Of a stretch of 64,000 nt of DNA, positions 20,425-32,336 are shown in pieces. Position numbers and translations under genes: made by a program. This DNA is from Saccharolobus solfataricus P2 (GTDB taxonomy: Archaea > Thermoproteota > Thermoprotei_A > Sulfolobales > Sulfolobaceae): assembly GCF_000007005.1 (NCBI RefSeq), contig NC_002754.1; one strand, written 5' to 3'. The first letter of the stretch is position 1, and each line of letters opens with the position of its first letter. Below the pieces are notes generated by a model that saw only the letters and a list, made by a program, of their open reading frames with translations, did not search any database and had not been told where the DNA came from.

Positions 20425-21126
20425 TTGTTTATTTTTCTTTTTCAATTAGCCCTTTCATTAACTTTAGTAGCGATGTCTGAATCTTCTTTAATTTCTGGTA
20501 CATTTGTAATCTATAACGGTACCTCAACTTATTATCTCCAGAATGGGTCTATATTATTTCAAAAATTTTCTATAATTCAAGTTATAAACAAGACCTTTAA
20601 CAACGGAACAGTTTTAGTTGGTATAAGTATAATATCATGGAACACATCAATGCAAAGTAAGTTTTTGTATTCAGTAATGAACTCTACTCTCCCATTACCA
20701 TTTTATTACGTCTCACCCTATTTACTAGGAGAAGAAAACATTAGTGTGAATGAGGTAGAACTCTTTTACGTTAATCATACTAACTCTTATTACGTTTATC
20801 TTGGAAAAGGTAATATAGATGGTGTAATTATAAAAACCTATTTTTATTTTAAGCCTGATGGTCTGGCGGATAAGGTAATTAACTTACAGCTAGGTGCAAA
20901 TGGTAAGATAGTAAGTGAGACTACATTAGCTTTATGGATAACGAATTTCAATAATACGAGTATTGGGATACCTCACTTTAAGGGAATTACAACTGCAAGT
21001 GCAAGTAATGAAATATCTGTTAGTCTTTTTCCGGTATATGCTAAAATCATGGAATATATTATAATGGCTGGGGCCATTCTTGTTATGATAATCCTTTTAT
21101 TTAGGGGTACTAAGCGGGTAAGATAG
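20425..21126 (+). CDS. Secreted protein with C-terminal membrane anchor (pilin operon gene 2)
   Basis: Hydrophobic N-terminus, many sequons, C-terminal TM plus basic tail; the true start is uncertain. Confidence 0.65.
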   Translation: MFIFLFQLALSLTLVAMSESSLISGTFVIYNGTSTYYLQNGSILFQKFSIIQVINKTFNNGTVLVGISIISWNTSMQSKFLYSVMNSTLPLPFYYVSPYLLGEENISVNEVELFYVNHTNSYYVYLGKGNIDGVIIKTYFYFKPDGLADKVINLQLGANGKIVSETTLALWITNFNNTSIGIPHFKGITTASASNEISVSLFPVYAKIMEYIIMAGAILVMIILLFRGTKRVR

Positions 21127-21128
21127 TT

Positions 21129-21824
21129 ATGTCTTCTCCTCTTTGGTTTCTCTTCGTGATAGTCTTATTTCCTCACGCCTTTGTAGAGTATTCGCTTCAT
21201 ATCCAAGTAGATTATAATAACCAAGTCTACCATTTATCAGAACTTCTTTTTGAAAACGTTACAAAAGTCTACTATAGTAATTCAACCTTTGTTTATAATC
21301 TGACTGTTTATGTTCTCAATTTCTCTCAGATTCTAACCTCTTCTGCAATTCTAGATAATTTTTCTCTACCAAAAACTTTTTTCTACATTCCTAACCCTGG
21401 CGAACCAGTAGTTGAAAGAAGTGTTATCTTATCTTTACTATCCTCAAATGATTCTAACTATATATACTATGGGAAGACTTTTATAGGTTATGTTGAGCTT
21501 GAGTATTTTTATTATGTTAATTCAACTGGAGTCCCATATAAGATCATTATCCTTCAAATAGGGGAGAGTGGGCAGTTAGTCAGCAATACTACATATATTT
21601 TAGTGAAATCAAATCTTGTAAATCCTAACGAGCAACCAATACTCCCAGAAGGCTTTAAAATTGCAAATGGTAGCGAAGTCGTTAATGTACCTATTTCTTT
21701 AGGTCTAAACTCAGCCTTAGATCAGCTGGTTGGCAAATATATAAGTTTTGTAACTCTTTTACTCGTTTTTGTATTTTTGACGGTGAGATTTTATGCATCG
21801 AGAAAGAAGACTTCAAGTAATTGA
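21129..21824 (+). CDS. Secreted protein with C-terminal membrane anchor, paralog of the preceding gene
   Basis: Similar layout and alignable stretch YYGKTFIGYVELEYFYYVNSTG vs YLGKGNIDGVIIKTYFYFKPDG. Confidence 0.7.
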   Translation: MSSPLWFLFVIVLFPHAFVEYSLHIQVDYNNQVYHLSELLFENVTKVYYSNSTFVYNLTVYVLNFSQILTSSAILDNFSLPKTFFYIPNPGEPVVERSVILSLLSSNDSNYIYYGKTFIGYVELEYFYYVNSTGVPYKIIILQIGESGQLVSNTTYILVKSNLVNPNEQPILPEGFKIANGSEVVNVPISLGLNSALDQLVGKYISFVTLLLVFVFLTVRFYASRKKTSSN

Positions 21825-24141
21825 GATAGTTATTGTAATAATCCTTTCAATATTGACACCCATGATAGCCTTATGGAAGGTTTTCTTCCATGTTGGGTAT
21901 ATTTATCAAAGAGATTCTTACCCAGCTTTTTATTTAGACTCTAGGCAAGCTTCACTATCTTATCTTAATTTCCCCATGATCATGGATAATGTCTGGATGC
22001 CGGTAGTGGTTATACTGTATTTTAATCTTATCTCACCAGTGATAGCAGACTGGATAACGTACCTTTTATTTCCCTGTGCTATCTCAGTTCCATCTATGTA
22101 TTTCTCCTCTAGATACTTTTTAAACAGATACGCAAAAGAAGCCGGAGCATGGGTTAAAATTTCAGTATCTTCTATTATTGCTTTCCTTTATGCTATAACG
22201 CCTACAGCTTACTATTACAGTCATTGGTTCAATTATGCGACATTTTACGCACTTTTACCGGCCTTGATTGCCGGTACCTTCTACTCTCTAGAGAAAGGAG
22301 GGTTTTTAGGTGCTACACTTCTTTCAATTTTCGCCTCTCTAACTACAACTGACCCTAGGGGTTTTATTTACACGTTATTTATAGTACTTTCAATTCTTCT
22401 TTTTAGGCATAAGTTAGGTGACTTGAAGGTTTTCCTCTACTCAATCCCCTTTTATATCTTACTAAATTCCAGACTGTTCTTAATTTTATTCTATGAATTC
22501 CATTCCTATTCATCAATAAGTTTTACTATTTCTAATGAACAGTTATGGTTGAATTACTGGACATTTCCACTTTTAGATTCATTAAGGGGCTTATCGTTGT
22601 TTAGACCCTTAGTGTCTTATTTATCATTCGGAAATCCGCTTTTAATATATGTAATGTCCTTCGCATTTGTTGAAACTGGAATTTTGGGTTATATCTTTCT
22701 GAGGAAAAAGGGTTCAGTGGCTAATTATCTCTTAGGGATTTACTTATTTTTAGCATTACTAGTATCTTCAAGTGTAAACGTACTAGGGTATAATATTACA
22801 TTAAACTTAACTTATCCCTTGTTAGATTTCTTAGCCCAAACCTTTGTATACAATTATCTATGGATTTTCTTACCAACCTATTTAACTGAAATGATATTAG
22901 CACCGCTATTTCTTCTCGTATCTCTCGTAATGGCTAAGATGTTGTCTAAATACTACCTTATTCCATTGGTTGTTCTCATAGTGTTATCTCAATTTGCTTT
23001 TTCGTCTTCTATGGTGCTTAGTGGAAATTATTTAGGAAGTTATAATCCCGTGAGTCCTCCTCCCTTAATAGTAAATTTAGGCAGATTTTTAGAGAATCAT
23101 ACTATAGGTAATGTTCTCGTAGATGCTGTAGTTCCCTCGAATTGGAGTACATTTATTGGAGTATTACCTAATACAACCTCTGTTCCCTTAGTCAATACTT
23201 CTGACGTGGGGGTTATTCTGAATGAGTATGGTGTACAATATGTTGTTACTACTGTTAATGATAATTATACCTTGAGTGTAATTGATTCTCACAAAAACGT
23301 CTTCACTCTAGTTTATAATGATTCTTACTTTTTAGTATACAAAAATAATGACTTCACATACAATATTAATTCCCCAATTTTTGTGAATTTTGAATACCCA
23401 AAGGTTCCTGATACTAATAACTCTGTTAACGTGATTCCCTCATATTTGATGTTTAATATTCCTCCAAGGTACATAGGTGGTTTTGTTGGAAATGCCACAT
23501 ATGCTGAGCTTTTAGCATTGTCCGCATATAAACAAGGTATCTTGCCGGTTAAACTAAATGTTAAGCACTTACCATATCCTACTAATTTTACAGATACAAT
23601 AAACGTAAATGTATATGATGAAGAAATTTTATCAGACTTCCTAAGCATTTCATTTATTTCTGTTAGTGATACTTCATCTCTTAATTTAGGTGTGGAACCA
23701 GGTTTTTATAAGGTTGTGATAGCTTATGTCTCTGTACCTGGAGGAGGTGTTTTTGGCGTTACCAACGGTTCTTATTCGCTTTCTGTCTCAACTTCCTCTC
23801 CAAACATTTCTATTGTGTTTTCCTATTTAGGTAATATGTTCGTCTCTAGTAGCGTAAAGTTGTTCTTTATTGGACATTCTCTATCCTATCTAATAGGTAT
23901 AATGTTTATCCCCTACAACATGTCTATACAGCACGAATTTATTAGTGATAACATTTCCTCTTATCCCTATCAACAATTGGGTAGAGCTTTTGGGTATCCC
24001 TATAATGATAATGGTGTTATCTCTTTTTCAATAGTGATCAATTTAATTACTCTTTCGATTGCCGTAATTTTATTTATATCTATACAATATGGCCGAACAT
24101 ATTTTCGTAAGATAAATTTAAAAATATTTGGTCGGAATTAG
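21793..24141 (+). CDS. Large polytopic membrane protein with extracellular C-terminal domain (possible GT-C glycosyltransferase)
   Basis: About 11-13 TM segments in the N-terminal half, an Asp in the first external loop (QRDSYP), a sequon-rich soluble domain with [10 protein letters not shown], and a terminal TM. Confidence 0.6.
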   Translation: MHRERRLQVIEIVIVIILSILTPMIALWKVFFHVGYIYQRDSYPAFYLDSRQASLSYLNFPMIMDNVWMPVVVILYFNLISPVIADWITYLLFPCAISVPSMYFSSRYFLNRYAKEAGAWVKISVSSIIAFLYAITPTAYYYSHWFNYATFYALLPALIAGTFYSLEKGGFLGATLLSIFASLTTTDPRGFIYTLFIVLSILLFRHKLGDLKVFLYSIPFYILLNSRLFLILFYEFHSYSSISFTISNEQLWLNYWTFPLLDSLRGLSLFRPLVSYLSFGNPLLIYVMSFAFVETGILGYIFLRKKGSVANYLLGIYLFLALLVSSSVNVLGYNITLNLTYPLLDFLAQTFVYNYLWIFLPTYLTEMILAPLFLLVSLVMAKMLSKYYLIPLVVLIVLSQFAFSSSMVLSGNYLGSYNPVSPPPLIVNLGRFLENHTIGNVLVDAVVPSNWSTFIGVLPNTTSVPLVNTSDVGVILNEYGVQYVVTTVNDNYTLSVIDSHKNVFTLVYNDSYFLVYKNNDFTYNINSPIFVNFEYPKVPDTNNSVNVIPSYLMFNIPPRYIGGFVGNATYAELLALSAYKQGILPVKLNVKHLPYPTNFTDTINVNVYDEEILSDFLSISFISVSDTSSLNLGVEPGFYKVVIAYVSVPGGGVFGVTNGSYSLSVSTSSPNISIVFSYLGNMFVSSSVKLFFIGHSLSYLIGIMFIPYNMSIQHEFISDNISSYPYQQLGRAFGYPYNDNGVISFSIVINLITLSIAVILFISIQYGRTYFRKINLKIFGRN

Positions 24142-24145
24142 GATT

Positions 24146-25645
24146 ATGACTAAGCTGTTTGTTAGGGAAACTTCTGGTCTTACTAAAAACGTCTCTTTGC
24201 TAGATGTTACAATGTTAAATGTAGCTAACATGGGTGCTGGGTTAGCAATTTTTATCGGGATAAGTCCTTACATAGTCGAGGGTGCGGTATTATGGATAGC
24301 TTCGTTGTTGACTTTCCTATTTACTTTACCTCTTGTATTCCTTTATACATACTTTATTTCTAGGATTCCTAGGACAGGAGGCGACTATATTTGGCTATCT
24401 AGAAAACTTAATGGTCCTTTAGGTGCTATAATGGGTGTTGCGTTAGCGTTTAATATGCCTCCGTTCTTTGCATTGTCAGCTTTCTTTTCTGTTTCAGCAA
24501 TAAACAGCGTACTGTTAACTATTGGTACTTTGAATTCCCAGCCCTATCTGGTTAATCTAGCTAATAATGTGTTTACAACTAGTAATGCCGTTCTAGCTTA
24601 TGGTTTAGCAGCAGTTGCATTTCTAATAATAATTCTTATTAACATCCTCAGACCAAGATGGGGTTATACTTTAACGTCAGCACTAGGAATGTTTTCACTT
24701 TTAGGCACTTTAGTTGCAATTCTTGTATTAACACTTAATATTTCGGATTTTCATACTGTAATCCAACCTTTTATAAAGGACTTTAATTTAACTGTTCAAC
24801 TCTATAAGGGACCAACATTCAGTTTATCTTCAACGTTTTATATGATTCCTTACTTTGCATCATTTGCTTATATTTGGTTATATGCAGGGCCAGCTGTTGC
24901 TTCTGAGATAAAGAATAAGAGCGGGATAAGATATAATTTAATTTTAGGTAGTTTGTTAACGCTTATCTTTATAACTGTCCCATTCTTGCTAATGGATGTT
25001 GCGGCAGGATATGGGTTTAATTACTCTTTATATCTATCAGGCACCTATAATTTCTGGACTGTCGCTATTGCCTTATCTCGTAATTATGCTTTAGAGTGGT
25101 TTATAGGGATTAGTTTGATAGCCTGGGAGTTCTTTGTTATGGCTTTCGGTGTTGTTGTTTTCGCCAGGTACGTTTTCGCCTTTTCCTTTGATAGGTTATT
25201 CCCAGAGGTATTTTCGAGGTTAAATAAGCAAGGTTCGCCTGCTTATGCCCATCTCTTAGATTTTGTGGTAACTTTAGTGTTCTTAGCAGTACCAATAATA
25301 AGTCCTAACGGATACGAGGCCTTATACAGTTATACTCCTTTAGCTATTGCCTACTTAGTTTTAGTATCAATAGCTGGTATTAGGCAGGCTTTAAGTGAGA
25401 GAAATTTGGGTATGTTAATATCAGCTTTACTTTCTATTGGGTTTTTAGGTTTTATGGGCTATGAGGCTTTTACTAATCCTTACTTCGGTGTTATATCTGA
25501 TAACGGTGTACCTTACTGGCCGGGAATAGCCTATATAACTAGCTTAATAGGATTAGGCGTTATTACTTTTGTATCATCATACTATTATAGGAAGAAGAGT
25601 GGTATAGATTTAAGGTTAGTGTATAAGGAGATACCACCAGATTAA
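24146..25645 (+). CDS. APC-family amino acid permease
   Basis: [25 protein letters not shown]; about 12 TM segments. Confidence 0.85.
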   Translation: MTKLFVRETSGLTKNVSLLDVTMLNVANMGAGLAIFIGISPYIVEGAVLWIASLLTFLFTLPLVFLYTYFISRIPRTGGDYIWLSRKLNGPLGAIMGVALAFNMPPFFALSAFFSVSAINSVLLTIGTLNSQPYLVNLANNVFTTSNAVLAYGLAAVAFLIIILINILRPRWGYTLTSALGMFSLLGTLVAILVLTLNISDFHTVIQPFIKDFNLTVQLYKGPTFSLSSTFYMIPYFASFAYIWLYAGPAVASEIKNKSGIRYNLILGSLLTLIFITVPFLLMDVAAGYGFNYSLYLSGTYNFWTVAIALSRNYALEWFIGISLIAWEFFVMAFGVVVFARYVFAFSFDRLFPEVFSRLNKQGSPAYAHLLDFVVTLVFLAVPIISPNGYEALYSYTPLAIAYLVLVSIAGIRQALSERNLGMLISALLSIGFLGFMGYEAFTNPYFGVISDNGVPYWPGIAYITSLIGLGVITFVSSYYYRKKSGIDLRLVYKEIPPD

Positions 25646-25944
25646 TTCCTTATACTTAATTTATGCTCTCTGAAAACGTGAGTGTAAAAGTCATATGCTG
25701 ACGGGAATGTTCTTCCACATACGCAATAGTATTTATCCTTAGCGTACTTTAGTAAGTATTTTTTGCTTTCACTATACAACTTGTCTAGGTAATAGTTTAA
25801 TTCCCTTTTTCTCTTTAACATTATGTCTAGTTCTGGTACATTGTCCTTCACTGCCAATAGGAAGGGATAATAGGATAGTTTTAAAGTGGTTGTCCTGTTT
25901 TTCATGATTTTGTTTAGCGCTTCAGCCATTGTCATAGTTTTCAC
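25642..25944 (-). CDS. Small protein with C-terminal C2H2-like zinc finger
   Basis: [23 protein letters not shown]. Confidence 0.6.
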   Translation of the reverse strand: MKTMTMAEALNKIMKNRTTTLKLSYYPFLLAVKDNVPELDIMLKRKRELNYYLDKLYSESKKYLLKYAKDKYYCVCGRTFPSAYDFYTHVFREHKLSIRN

Positions 25945-26187
25945 TAGCTAAAAAGTTTTTCTTATGACTTATATTTTTTTCTACAAAATGACACGTAATG
26001 TTTTTCTTATAACCTAATGTTTTAATTATAGGTAATATAAATGCTATCAATATAAAACAATAAGCAAATATATTATGTTCATGTAATGTACGTTTAACGT
26101 TATAGATAGCTCTGTTTTTATTGCGGACTAAGGTAATAACTTTAGATTACGCTAAGGATTTCCTTTAAGTTGTACTATTGTTAATAG

Positions 26188-26430
<243 letters not shown>

Positions 26431-26460
26431 ACGAACAAGATTAAAATACAAAGTGAGAAG

Positions 26461-26480
26461 CTTTTTATTTTTTGTCTTTC
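26461..26480 (+). terminator. Oligo-T/pyrimidine terminator after sso7d
   Basis: CTTTTTATTTTTTGTCTTTC about 30 nt after the stop codon. Confidence 0.45.
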
Positions 26481-26572
26481 TCTCAATAAAGTAATCTGTT
26501 TTTTATAAAAGAATCTTGCGATGATTTGATTTTAAAGTAATCCTTTTATACACGTGAAAGTTTATTAATTAT

Positions 26573-29500
26573 ATGGAAAGTAGAATAATACAAGTCGTAG
26601 TTATATCCACTTTTTTAGTATTATCTGTTCTGTTTCCCCTATTATCTCTAGCATATTCCACAACTTCTATAAATCCCAGCTATCCACAGTCTAACGTAAT
26701 CTCAGCTTTACCCTCGAATACTAATATTATTCTTTATTTCTTTATTCCACCAAAGAATCTTAATGAACTTTATCTGATAGCACAAGAAGTAGCTAATCAT
26801 CAAATTAAGCCACTAAGTAACGCTCAGCTTGTCTCAATGTTTAGTAATCAAGACAAGGTTAACGAGAGTATAAAATATCTTGAGAGTAAAGGTTTTACAA
26901 TAATATATAGAAGCCCATTCGAAATTATGGCTGAAGCCCCAGTTTCCTTGGTTTCGTCAGTTTTTGAGACTAGTTTTGTATTAGCCAAATCAACTAATGG
27001 TGAGATATACTACAAGCCAGCTGGTAACGTTAAAATACCGTCTACTCTTAATAACTTGCTAATAGGTGGTTTAACAAACTTCACTAACGTATCATTGCCT
27101 TTAATACAGTTAGGTAAATTGGAAAATGGTAATTTAATACCTAATAAACAAGCTTATTCCTCATTTGTCTATACTTTCCAATTCTCAGCAACTTGGTATA
27201 CTCCTAAAGTTATTGAAGGGGCATACAATATAACTCCACTACTGAACTCTACTGCCGATAAAAAGGTTACAATTGCAATAATAGATGCCTATGGCGACCC
27301 AGAGATATATCAAGATGTAAATCTGTTTGATGCCAGGTTTGGCTTACCTCCGATAAACTTGACAGTATTACCAGTTGGTCCTTATCATCCAGAAAATGGA
27401 TTGTTTACTGGTTGGTTTGAAGAGGTTGCATTAGATGTTGAGGCAGCTCACGCAGCTGCTCCATATTCTAATATTTTATTAGTTGTAGCCCCATCAGCGA
27501 CCTTAGAAGGATTATTTTCAGCAATTGATGTTGTTGTAAGCGAGGATCTAGCACAAGTAGTTTCCATGAGCTGGGGTCTTCCCGGGATACTATTTGGTGC
27601 TTCAGGGTTTTATGCTGTATTCAATGGAATAATATTTCCTAATTATCCCTATTATGATTACTACTTTGAGCTTGGTTCTGCTGAGGGTATTACGTTTTTA
27701 GCGTCATCTGGGGATTTAGGTGCCTATAATGATTTACCAACTGTTTATGGCTCAGCTAACTATCCTGCATCATCTCCTTTCGTTACAGCTGTAGGTGGTA
27801 CTTCCCTATTTGCTAACATTACTAGCGGCTATATTTCCACTTATAATTCTACAGGCAATTTTGGTGCCGAGATTGCGTGGAGTGTTAATCCGTTGTATTT
27901 TGGTGTTATCCAAGGTGGTGTGAGTTCTGGGGGTGGGTATAGTCAATTGTTCCCAGCTCCTTGGTATCAGCGTTATGTTACTCATTCGAATTATAGGGCT
28001 ATTCCAGACGTTGCAGCAGACGCTAATCCATATACTGGGTTTACAATTTATGCTTTGGGCCAAGAGGTGGTAATTGGTGGAACAAGTTTATCCGCTCCAT
28101 TGTGGGCTGGAATCATTGCTGATATAGATGGAATTATTGGCCATCCGTTAGGTTTGGTAAATCCGATACTTTATGAGATTTATCAAAATACTACTTTATA
28201 TCATCAAGCTTTCCATCAAATAAGTTTGGGATATAATGGTTATTATTATGCTAACTCCTCTTACAATTTGGTTACTGGCTTAGGAAGTCCTAATGCTGGA
28301 ATGTTAGGAGTCATCATCAAACATTCATTATCCAAGAGTTTAGCGATATCTGTAAGTACTTTCGAGACTGGGGTTTTTCAACCTTGGTATTTCTATGGTT
28401 CTACCTTTACAATAGCCGCGTACATAACTTATCCCAACAATACTATTGTCAGCCAAGGTAGTTTTAACGCTTATATATATACTAGTGAGGGATATTTAGC
28501 CACAGTCCCCTTATCCTTTAACGGTAGTTATTGGGTTGGCAACTATACTATAACTCCTAATAATCCACCAAATCTTTGGGAAATAGTAGTTAATGGTAGT
28601 TCTGATCAGTTTACCGGAGTTGGGACTGTAGAAGTTGATGTTGGTGAATCAATCAATATTGTATCCCCAATTCCTTATCCATATAGCTTTCCAATTCCAT
28701 ACAACTCACCATTTGGCATTGAAGCTTGGATTTACTACCCTAATGGTACACCAGTTGTTAATCAAAGCGTTACAGCTTATTTAGTTAGTAATGATGGCAA
28801 GTTATTAGCTTCTATACCCTTAACCATGATGGCTCCAGGATTATATGAGGGTAGTTACGCTTTACTTCCTCCATTACCACAAGGTACTTATTTACTAATA
28901 GTAAATGACTCATATGGTAGTGCTTTCTCTTATGTATATTTTGGTGAGTATAATTTTGGCGCAATTTTAACCCCAATAAATGATGGTTTTCCAGCTGCGT
29001 CCCCTGGACAAAATATAACTATAATTGATGAGGTGCTAACACCAGAGCTTACCGGTTTATTTACTTCTAACGTCACTGCATATATTTATAACCAACACGG
29101 TAACCTTATAGATCAAGTTAAACTTACTCCAGCTCCAGACGAAATTCAATTCGGTGTTTACTTGCTCTTCTTCCTATATTATGCTAATTTCACAATACCT
29201 TTCGATGCTTCTCCAGGGTTCTACAATGTTGTAATACAATCTATAAGCAATACTTCTACTGGGTTAGTCAAGGCGGACTTTATCACATCATTTTACGTTT
29301 CTCCAGCTAATTTGACATTAAATGTAAAGGTGAATAATGTCGTATATGAGGGTGAACTTCTGAAAATTTTCGCTAACATAACTTATCCCAATGGTACTCC
29401 AGTTAAATATGGAATGTTTACTGCTACGATCTTGCCGACTTCTCTAAATTACGAGCAATTAATTATAGGATTTGAGGCTGGAATACCCTTACAATACAAT

Positions 29501-30499
29501 TCTACTTTAGGAGAATGGGTAGGTATTTATAGTATTCCATCCATATTTTATGGTTCAATATTTCAAGGCTCCTCTGTGTATTCGTTAGCTGGACCTTGGA
29601 ATGTTATAGTATCTGGCGTTTCTTGGAATGGTTATAATCTATATTCTACTCCAAGCTCCTTTAACTTCGTTAATGTTATGCCATATACTTTCATTAACAA
29701 CATTGTAGTGAGCAGTAAATCCCTAGATTCACCCCTATTATCCAAAATTAACTCTACAACATATATGTTATCTAATGTCAAATCAAATAATATAACAATT
29801 AACGGAATGAACGTTATTTTAAGTAACGTTATAGCTAATACGGTAACCGTTAAGAACTCTAATATAATGATAACTTCATCCACAATTAACCAGTTAGTGT
29901 TAGACAATTCTTCAGTCTCAATTATAGGGTCTAAAATAGGAGGGGATAATATTGCTGTAGTCGCTAATGATTCTAATGTAACAATAGTCTCGTCAGTAAT
30001 TCAAGACTCAAAGTACGCGTTTCTACAACCCAATTCAGTAATTAGTCTAAGCGGTGTTAATATGTATAACGTTACTAGTTTGTCTTCAATACCAGCACCT
30101 AGGATTACGTACCTTTCAACAACTAATGTTACCACATCTAAGGAATCAATAATTGTTAATATCACCGGTGAATACCTAAGACTTTTAGGAGTTTCAATGA
30201 ACAACAAACCAGTAGGTTATAGTGTAATTTCATCTTCACCTTCATCAATAAGTTTAAGTATACCTTTTAATGCTTCTCAACTTTCTGATGGTCAATACAT
30301 ATTTACAGTAAGCATATCCGATGGATTGCCATACAATTTAACATTTAACCTCTTAAATAATTATCATCTCATAATTGTACAAGACCATCTTAAAGCACTA
30401 CAAGGATCAGTGAATTTATTAACAGTAATCGCAATAATTTCCTTAATAATAGCAATAATAGCAGTAGCTCTACTATTCGTATTTACGAGAAGGAGGTGA
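26573..30499 (+). CDS. Membrane-anchored S53 (sedolisin) serine protease with long extracellular extension
   Basis: Signal peptide and prodomain; E-x3-D (FEEVALDVE), SSGDLG oxyanion hole, GGTSLSAP; YNLVTGLGSP Ca site; C-terminal TM. Confidence 0.92.
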   Translation: MESRIIQVVVISTFLVLSVLFPLLSLAYSTTSINPSYPQSNVISALPSNTNIILYFFIPPKNLNELYLIAQEVANHQIKPLSNAQLVSMFSNQDKVNESIKYLESKGFTIIYRSPFEIMAEAPVSLVSSVFETSFVLAKSTNGEIYYKPAGNVKIPSTLNNLLIGGLTNFTNVSLPLIQLGKLENGNLIPNKQAYSSFVYTFQFSATWYTPKVIEGAYNITPLLNSTADKKVTIAIIDAYGDPEIYQDVNLFDARFGLPPINLTVLPVGPYHPENGLFTGWFEEVALDVEAAHAAAPYSNILLVVAPSATLEGLFSAIDVVVSEDLAQVVSMSWGLPGILFGASGFYAVFNGIIFPNYPYYDYYFELGSAEGITFLASSGDLGAYNDLPTVYGSANYPASSPFVTAVGGTSLFANITSGYISTYNSTGNFGAEIAWSVNPLYFGVIQGGVSSGGGYSQLFPAPWYQRYVTHSNYRAIPDVAADANPYTGFTIYALGQEVVIGGTSLSAPLWAGIIADIDGIIGHPLGLVNPILYEIYQNTTLYHQAFHQISLGYNGYYYANSSYNLVTGLGSPNAGMLGVIIKHSLSKSLAISVSTFETGVFQPWYFYGSTFTIAAYITYPNNTIVSQGSFNAYIYTSEGYLATVPLSFNGSYWVGNYTITPNNPPNLWEIVVNGSSDQFTGVGTVEVDVGESINIVSPIPYPYSFPIPYNSPFGIEAWIYYPNGTPVVNQSVTAYLVSNDGKLLASIPLTMMAPGLYEGSYALLPPLPQGTYLLIVNDSYGSAFSYVYFGEYNFGAILTPINDGFPAASPGQNITIIDEVLTPELTGLFTSNVTAYIYNQHGNLIDQVKLTPAPDEIQFGVYLLFFLYYANFTIPFDASPGFYNVVIQSISNTSTGLVKADFITSFYVSPANLTLNVKVNNVVYEGELLKIFANITYPNGTPVKYGMFTATILPTSLNYEQLIIGFEAGIPLQYNSTLGEWVGIYSIPSIFYGSIFQGSSVYSLAGPWNVIVSGVSWNGYNLYSTPSSFNFVNVMPYTFINNIVVSSKSLDSPLLSKINSTTYMLSNVKSNNITINGMNVILSNVIANTVTVKNSNIMITSSTINQLVLDNSSVSIIGSKIGGDNIAVVANDSNVTIVSSVIQDSKYAFLQPNSVISLSGVNMYNVTSLSSIPAPRITYLSTTNVTTSKESIIVNITGEYLRLLGVSMNNKPVGYSVISSSPSSISLSIPFNASQLSDGQYIFTVSISDGLPYNLTFNLLNNYHLIIVQDHLKALQGSVNLLTVIAIISLIIAIIAVALLFVFTRRR

Positions 30500-30503
30500 A
30501 ATT

Positions 30504-32336
30504 ATGAGGAAGAATATTGCTCTTATTTTATTATTTTCAATCTTAGCTGGAATTATTGTAGTGCCTATATCTAGTTCACAGACTAGCTCTAGTATCTCGC
30601 ATCCACTGATATTAGGGAACATTTCTGTCTTAAACAGTGGAAAGATACCGTATGATCCTACATATTATTCCTTCGAAGCTTATCAAATTCATCCTCCCAA
30701 TGTTACTCCAGTTGTAATAAGGATAGCTACTAATGCTGTTTTTAACAACAGTGGCCTAACCCCTTATATTGTTCACGTGAATATACCAAAGGGTAATTAT
30801 AGTATGGAAATTCTAAATGTTAGCATAGCTGAGTCTAATGGGGCTCAATATGATAGGCCGGTCTATATATTTGCAAATGGTGTGCCAATATTTTGGGGCT
30901 CAACACAAGAATTCTTTAATTCTACAGCAGAAACCGATGTCACAATGTTTGAAAACTTGTTAAGCGGTAATGTGACTTTTCAGTTAGTTTTAGAGAATTT
31001 CTATGACGCTAAAATTGGAATAACTGGAATATATAAGATGAATGTTACACTTTACTTATATCCTGGTAATCCGCCTAAAGGATTACCTAATTACTTTATA
31101 CCGCTATTCTTAAACAATCATAATTATTCGTACATCATATTAAACCCCTTAAATGACTATATATCGCAAAATGTAACTATACCCAATGGTACCTATAGAA
31201 TGACTTTACTACTATATGAAGAAGGTGGAGGGTTAGATGAATTCTGGTATGCCAATGAGCCTGCGACTAGGGAGATTCAAGTGTTTTACGATAATAGACT
31301 AGTCGGTGTTGTTAATCCTTATCAGACAATATATACTGGTGGGATAGACTTATTTTGGTGGAAGCCAGTAACGTCGATAAACACCTTGTCTTTTCACAGT
31401 CCTTACATTATAGACCTAACACCACTATTGGCAATAAGTTTACCAAATAACACCATAGCAGTTACGGTTACTAATCTAGAAACAGCTTTACAATTGACTG
31501 GCACCGCAGCTTATGACTGGGATATAGCTGGAGTATTAATGTTATGGGTTAATGAGTCAAATCCACTAGTTTCGGCTAAATTATTAACGGCTTATAATAG
31601 ATTTATAGATTCTTCACCTATCTTTAATTCAGGTCTTGTAGGTGAGTATTATCAAGAAGGAGGAGCGTATTTACTTAATTACTCTGCAATTTTGCAATTT
31701 AAAGATGGAATTGAATATTCTGATGTAGTACAGCAAGGAAGATTTTACGCTTATCAGACGTTTAATGCGCTATACGAAAAGGCATATTTAGGAGAGAAAT
31801 TCATGGAATACGCAAGTGAAAGGGGCTCACTATATAACGCCACGCTATATTATAACATATATTATCCTATATTTATGCAATTCTCTGTATTTGAGGCTCC
31901 TATATCTAATCCTCACGTTATACCTTTCAACTTATCTTATGCCCAGAATGGTACTTTAGATTTATGGTTATACTATAACTATACTAACATATTTGATAAA
32001 CAGAATTTGACTATTAGGACTATGGAAAACGTTAGTGCAGTTGGTGGGTTTAGTGGGATCATAGAGGTTATAAATCGTTATGGTGGTGCAGTTCTCGTCT
32101 CAATAACTTCTAACAATGCTGTAACTGCTAAGAACTTAATTAATTATATACTACTTAATGGGAATGGTTACAAGGAGATATTCTCTGCTAAGGGTCTGCA
32201 GAATTCCACTTCTCATTTTGCAGGATATTATATATATTACAAAGTCCAATTTATTCCAATCACCAATGGTGATCCTCCTAATGCCCACAGTGAGTTTTTA
32301 ATCGAACCCATACATTTCCTTAGAATTATAGTATAA
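30504..32336 (+). CDS. Secreted peptide-N4-(N-acetyl-beta-glucosaminyl)asparagine amidase A (PNGase A) family protein
   Basis: Signal peptide; QYDRPVYIFANGVPIF, DEFWYAN and REIQVFYD resemble the PNGase A family. Confidence 0.75.
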   Translation: MRKNIALILLFSILAGIIVVPISSSQTSSSISHPLILGNISVLNSGKIPYDPTYYSFEAYQIHPPNVTPVVIRIATNAVFNNSGLTPYIVHVNIPKGNYSMEILNVSIAESNGAQYDRPVYIFANGVPIFWGSTQEFFNSTAETDVTMFENLLSGNVTFQLVLENFYDAKIGITGIYKMNVTLYLYPGNPPKGLPNYFIPLFLNNHNYSYIILNPLNDYISQNVTIPNGTYRMTLLLYEEGGGLDEFWYANEPATREIQVFYDNRLVGVVNPYQTIYTGGIDLFWWKPVTSINTLSFHSPYIIDLTPLLAISLPNNTIAVTVTNLETALQLTGTAAYDWDIAGVLMLWVNESNPLVSAKLLTAYNRFIDSSPIFNSGLVGEYYQEGGAYLLNYSAILQFKDGIEYSDVVQQGRFYAYQTFNALYEKAYLGEKFMEYASERGSLYNATLYYNIYYPIFMQFSVFEAPISNPHVIPFNLSYAQNGTLDLWLYYNYTNIFDKQNLTIRTMENVSAVGGFSGIIEVINRYGGAVLVSITSNNAVTAKNLINYILLNGNGYKEIFSAKGLQNSTSHFAGYYIYYKVQFIPITNGDPPNAHSEFLIEPIHFLRIIV

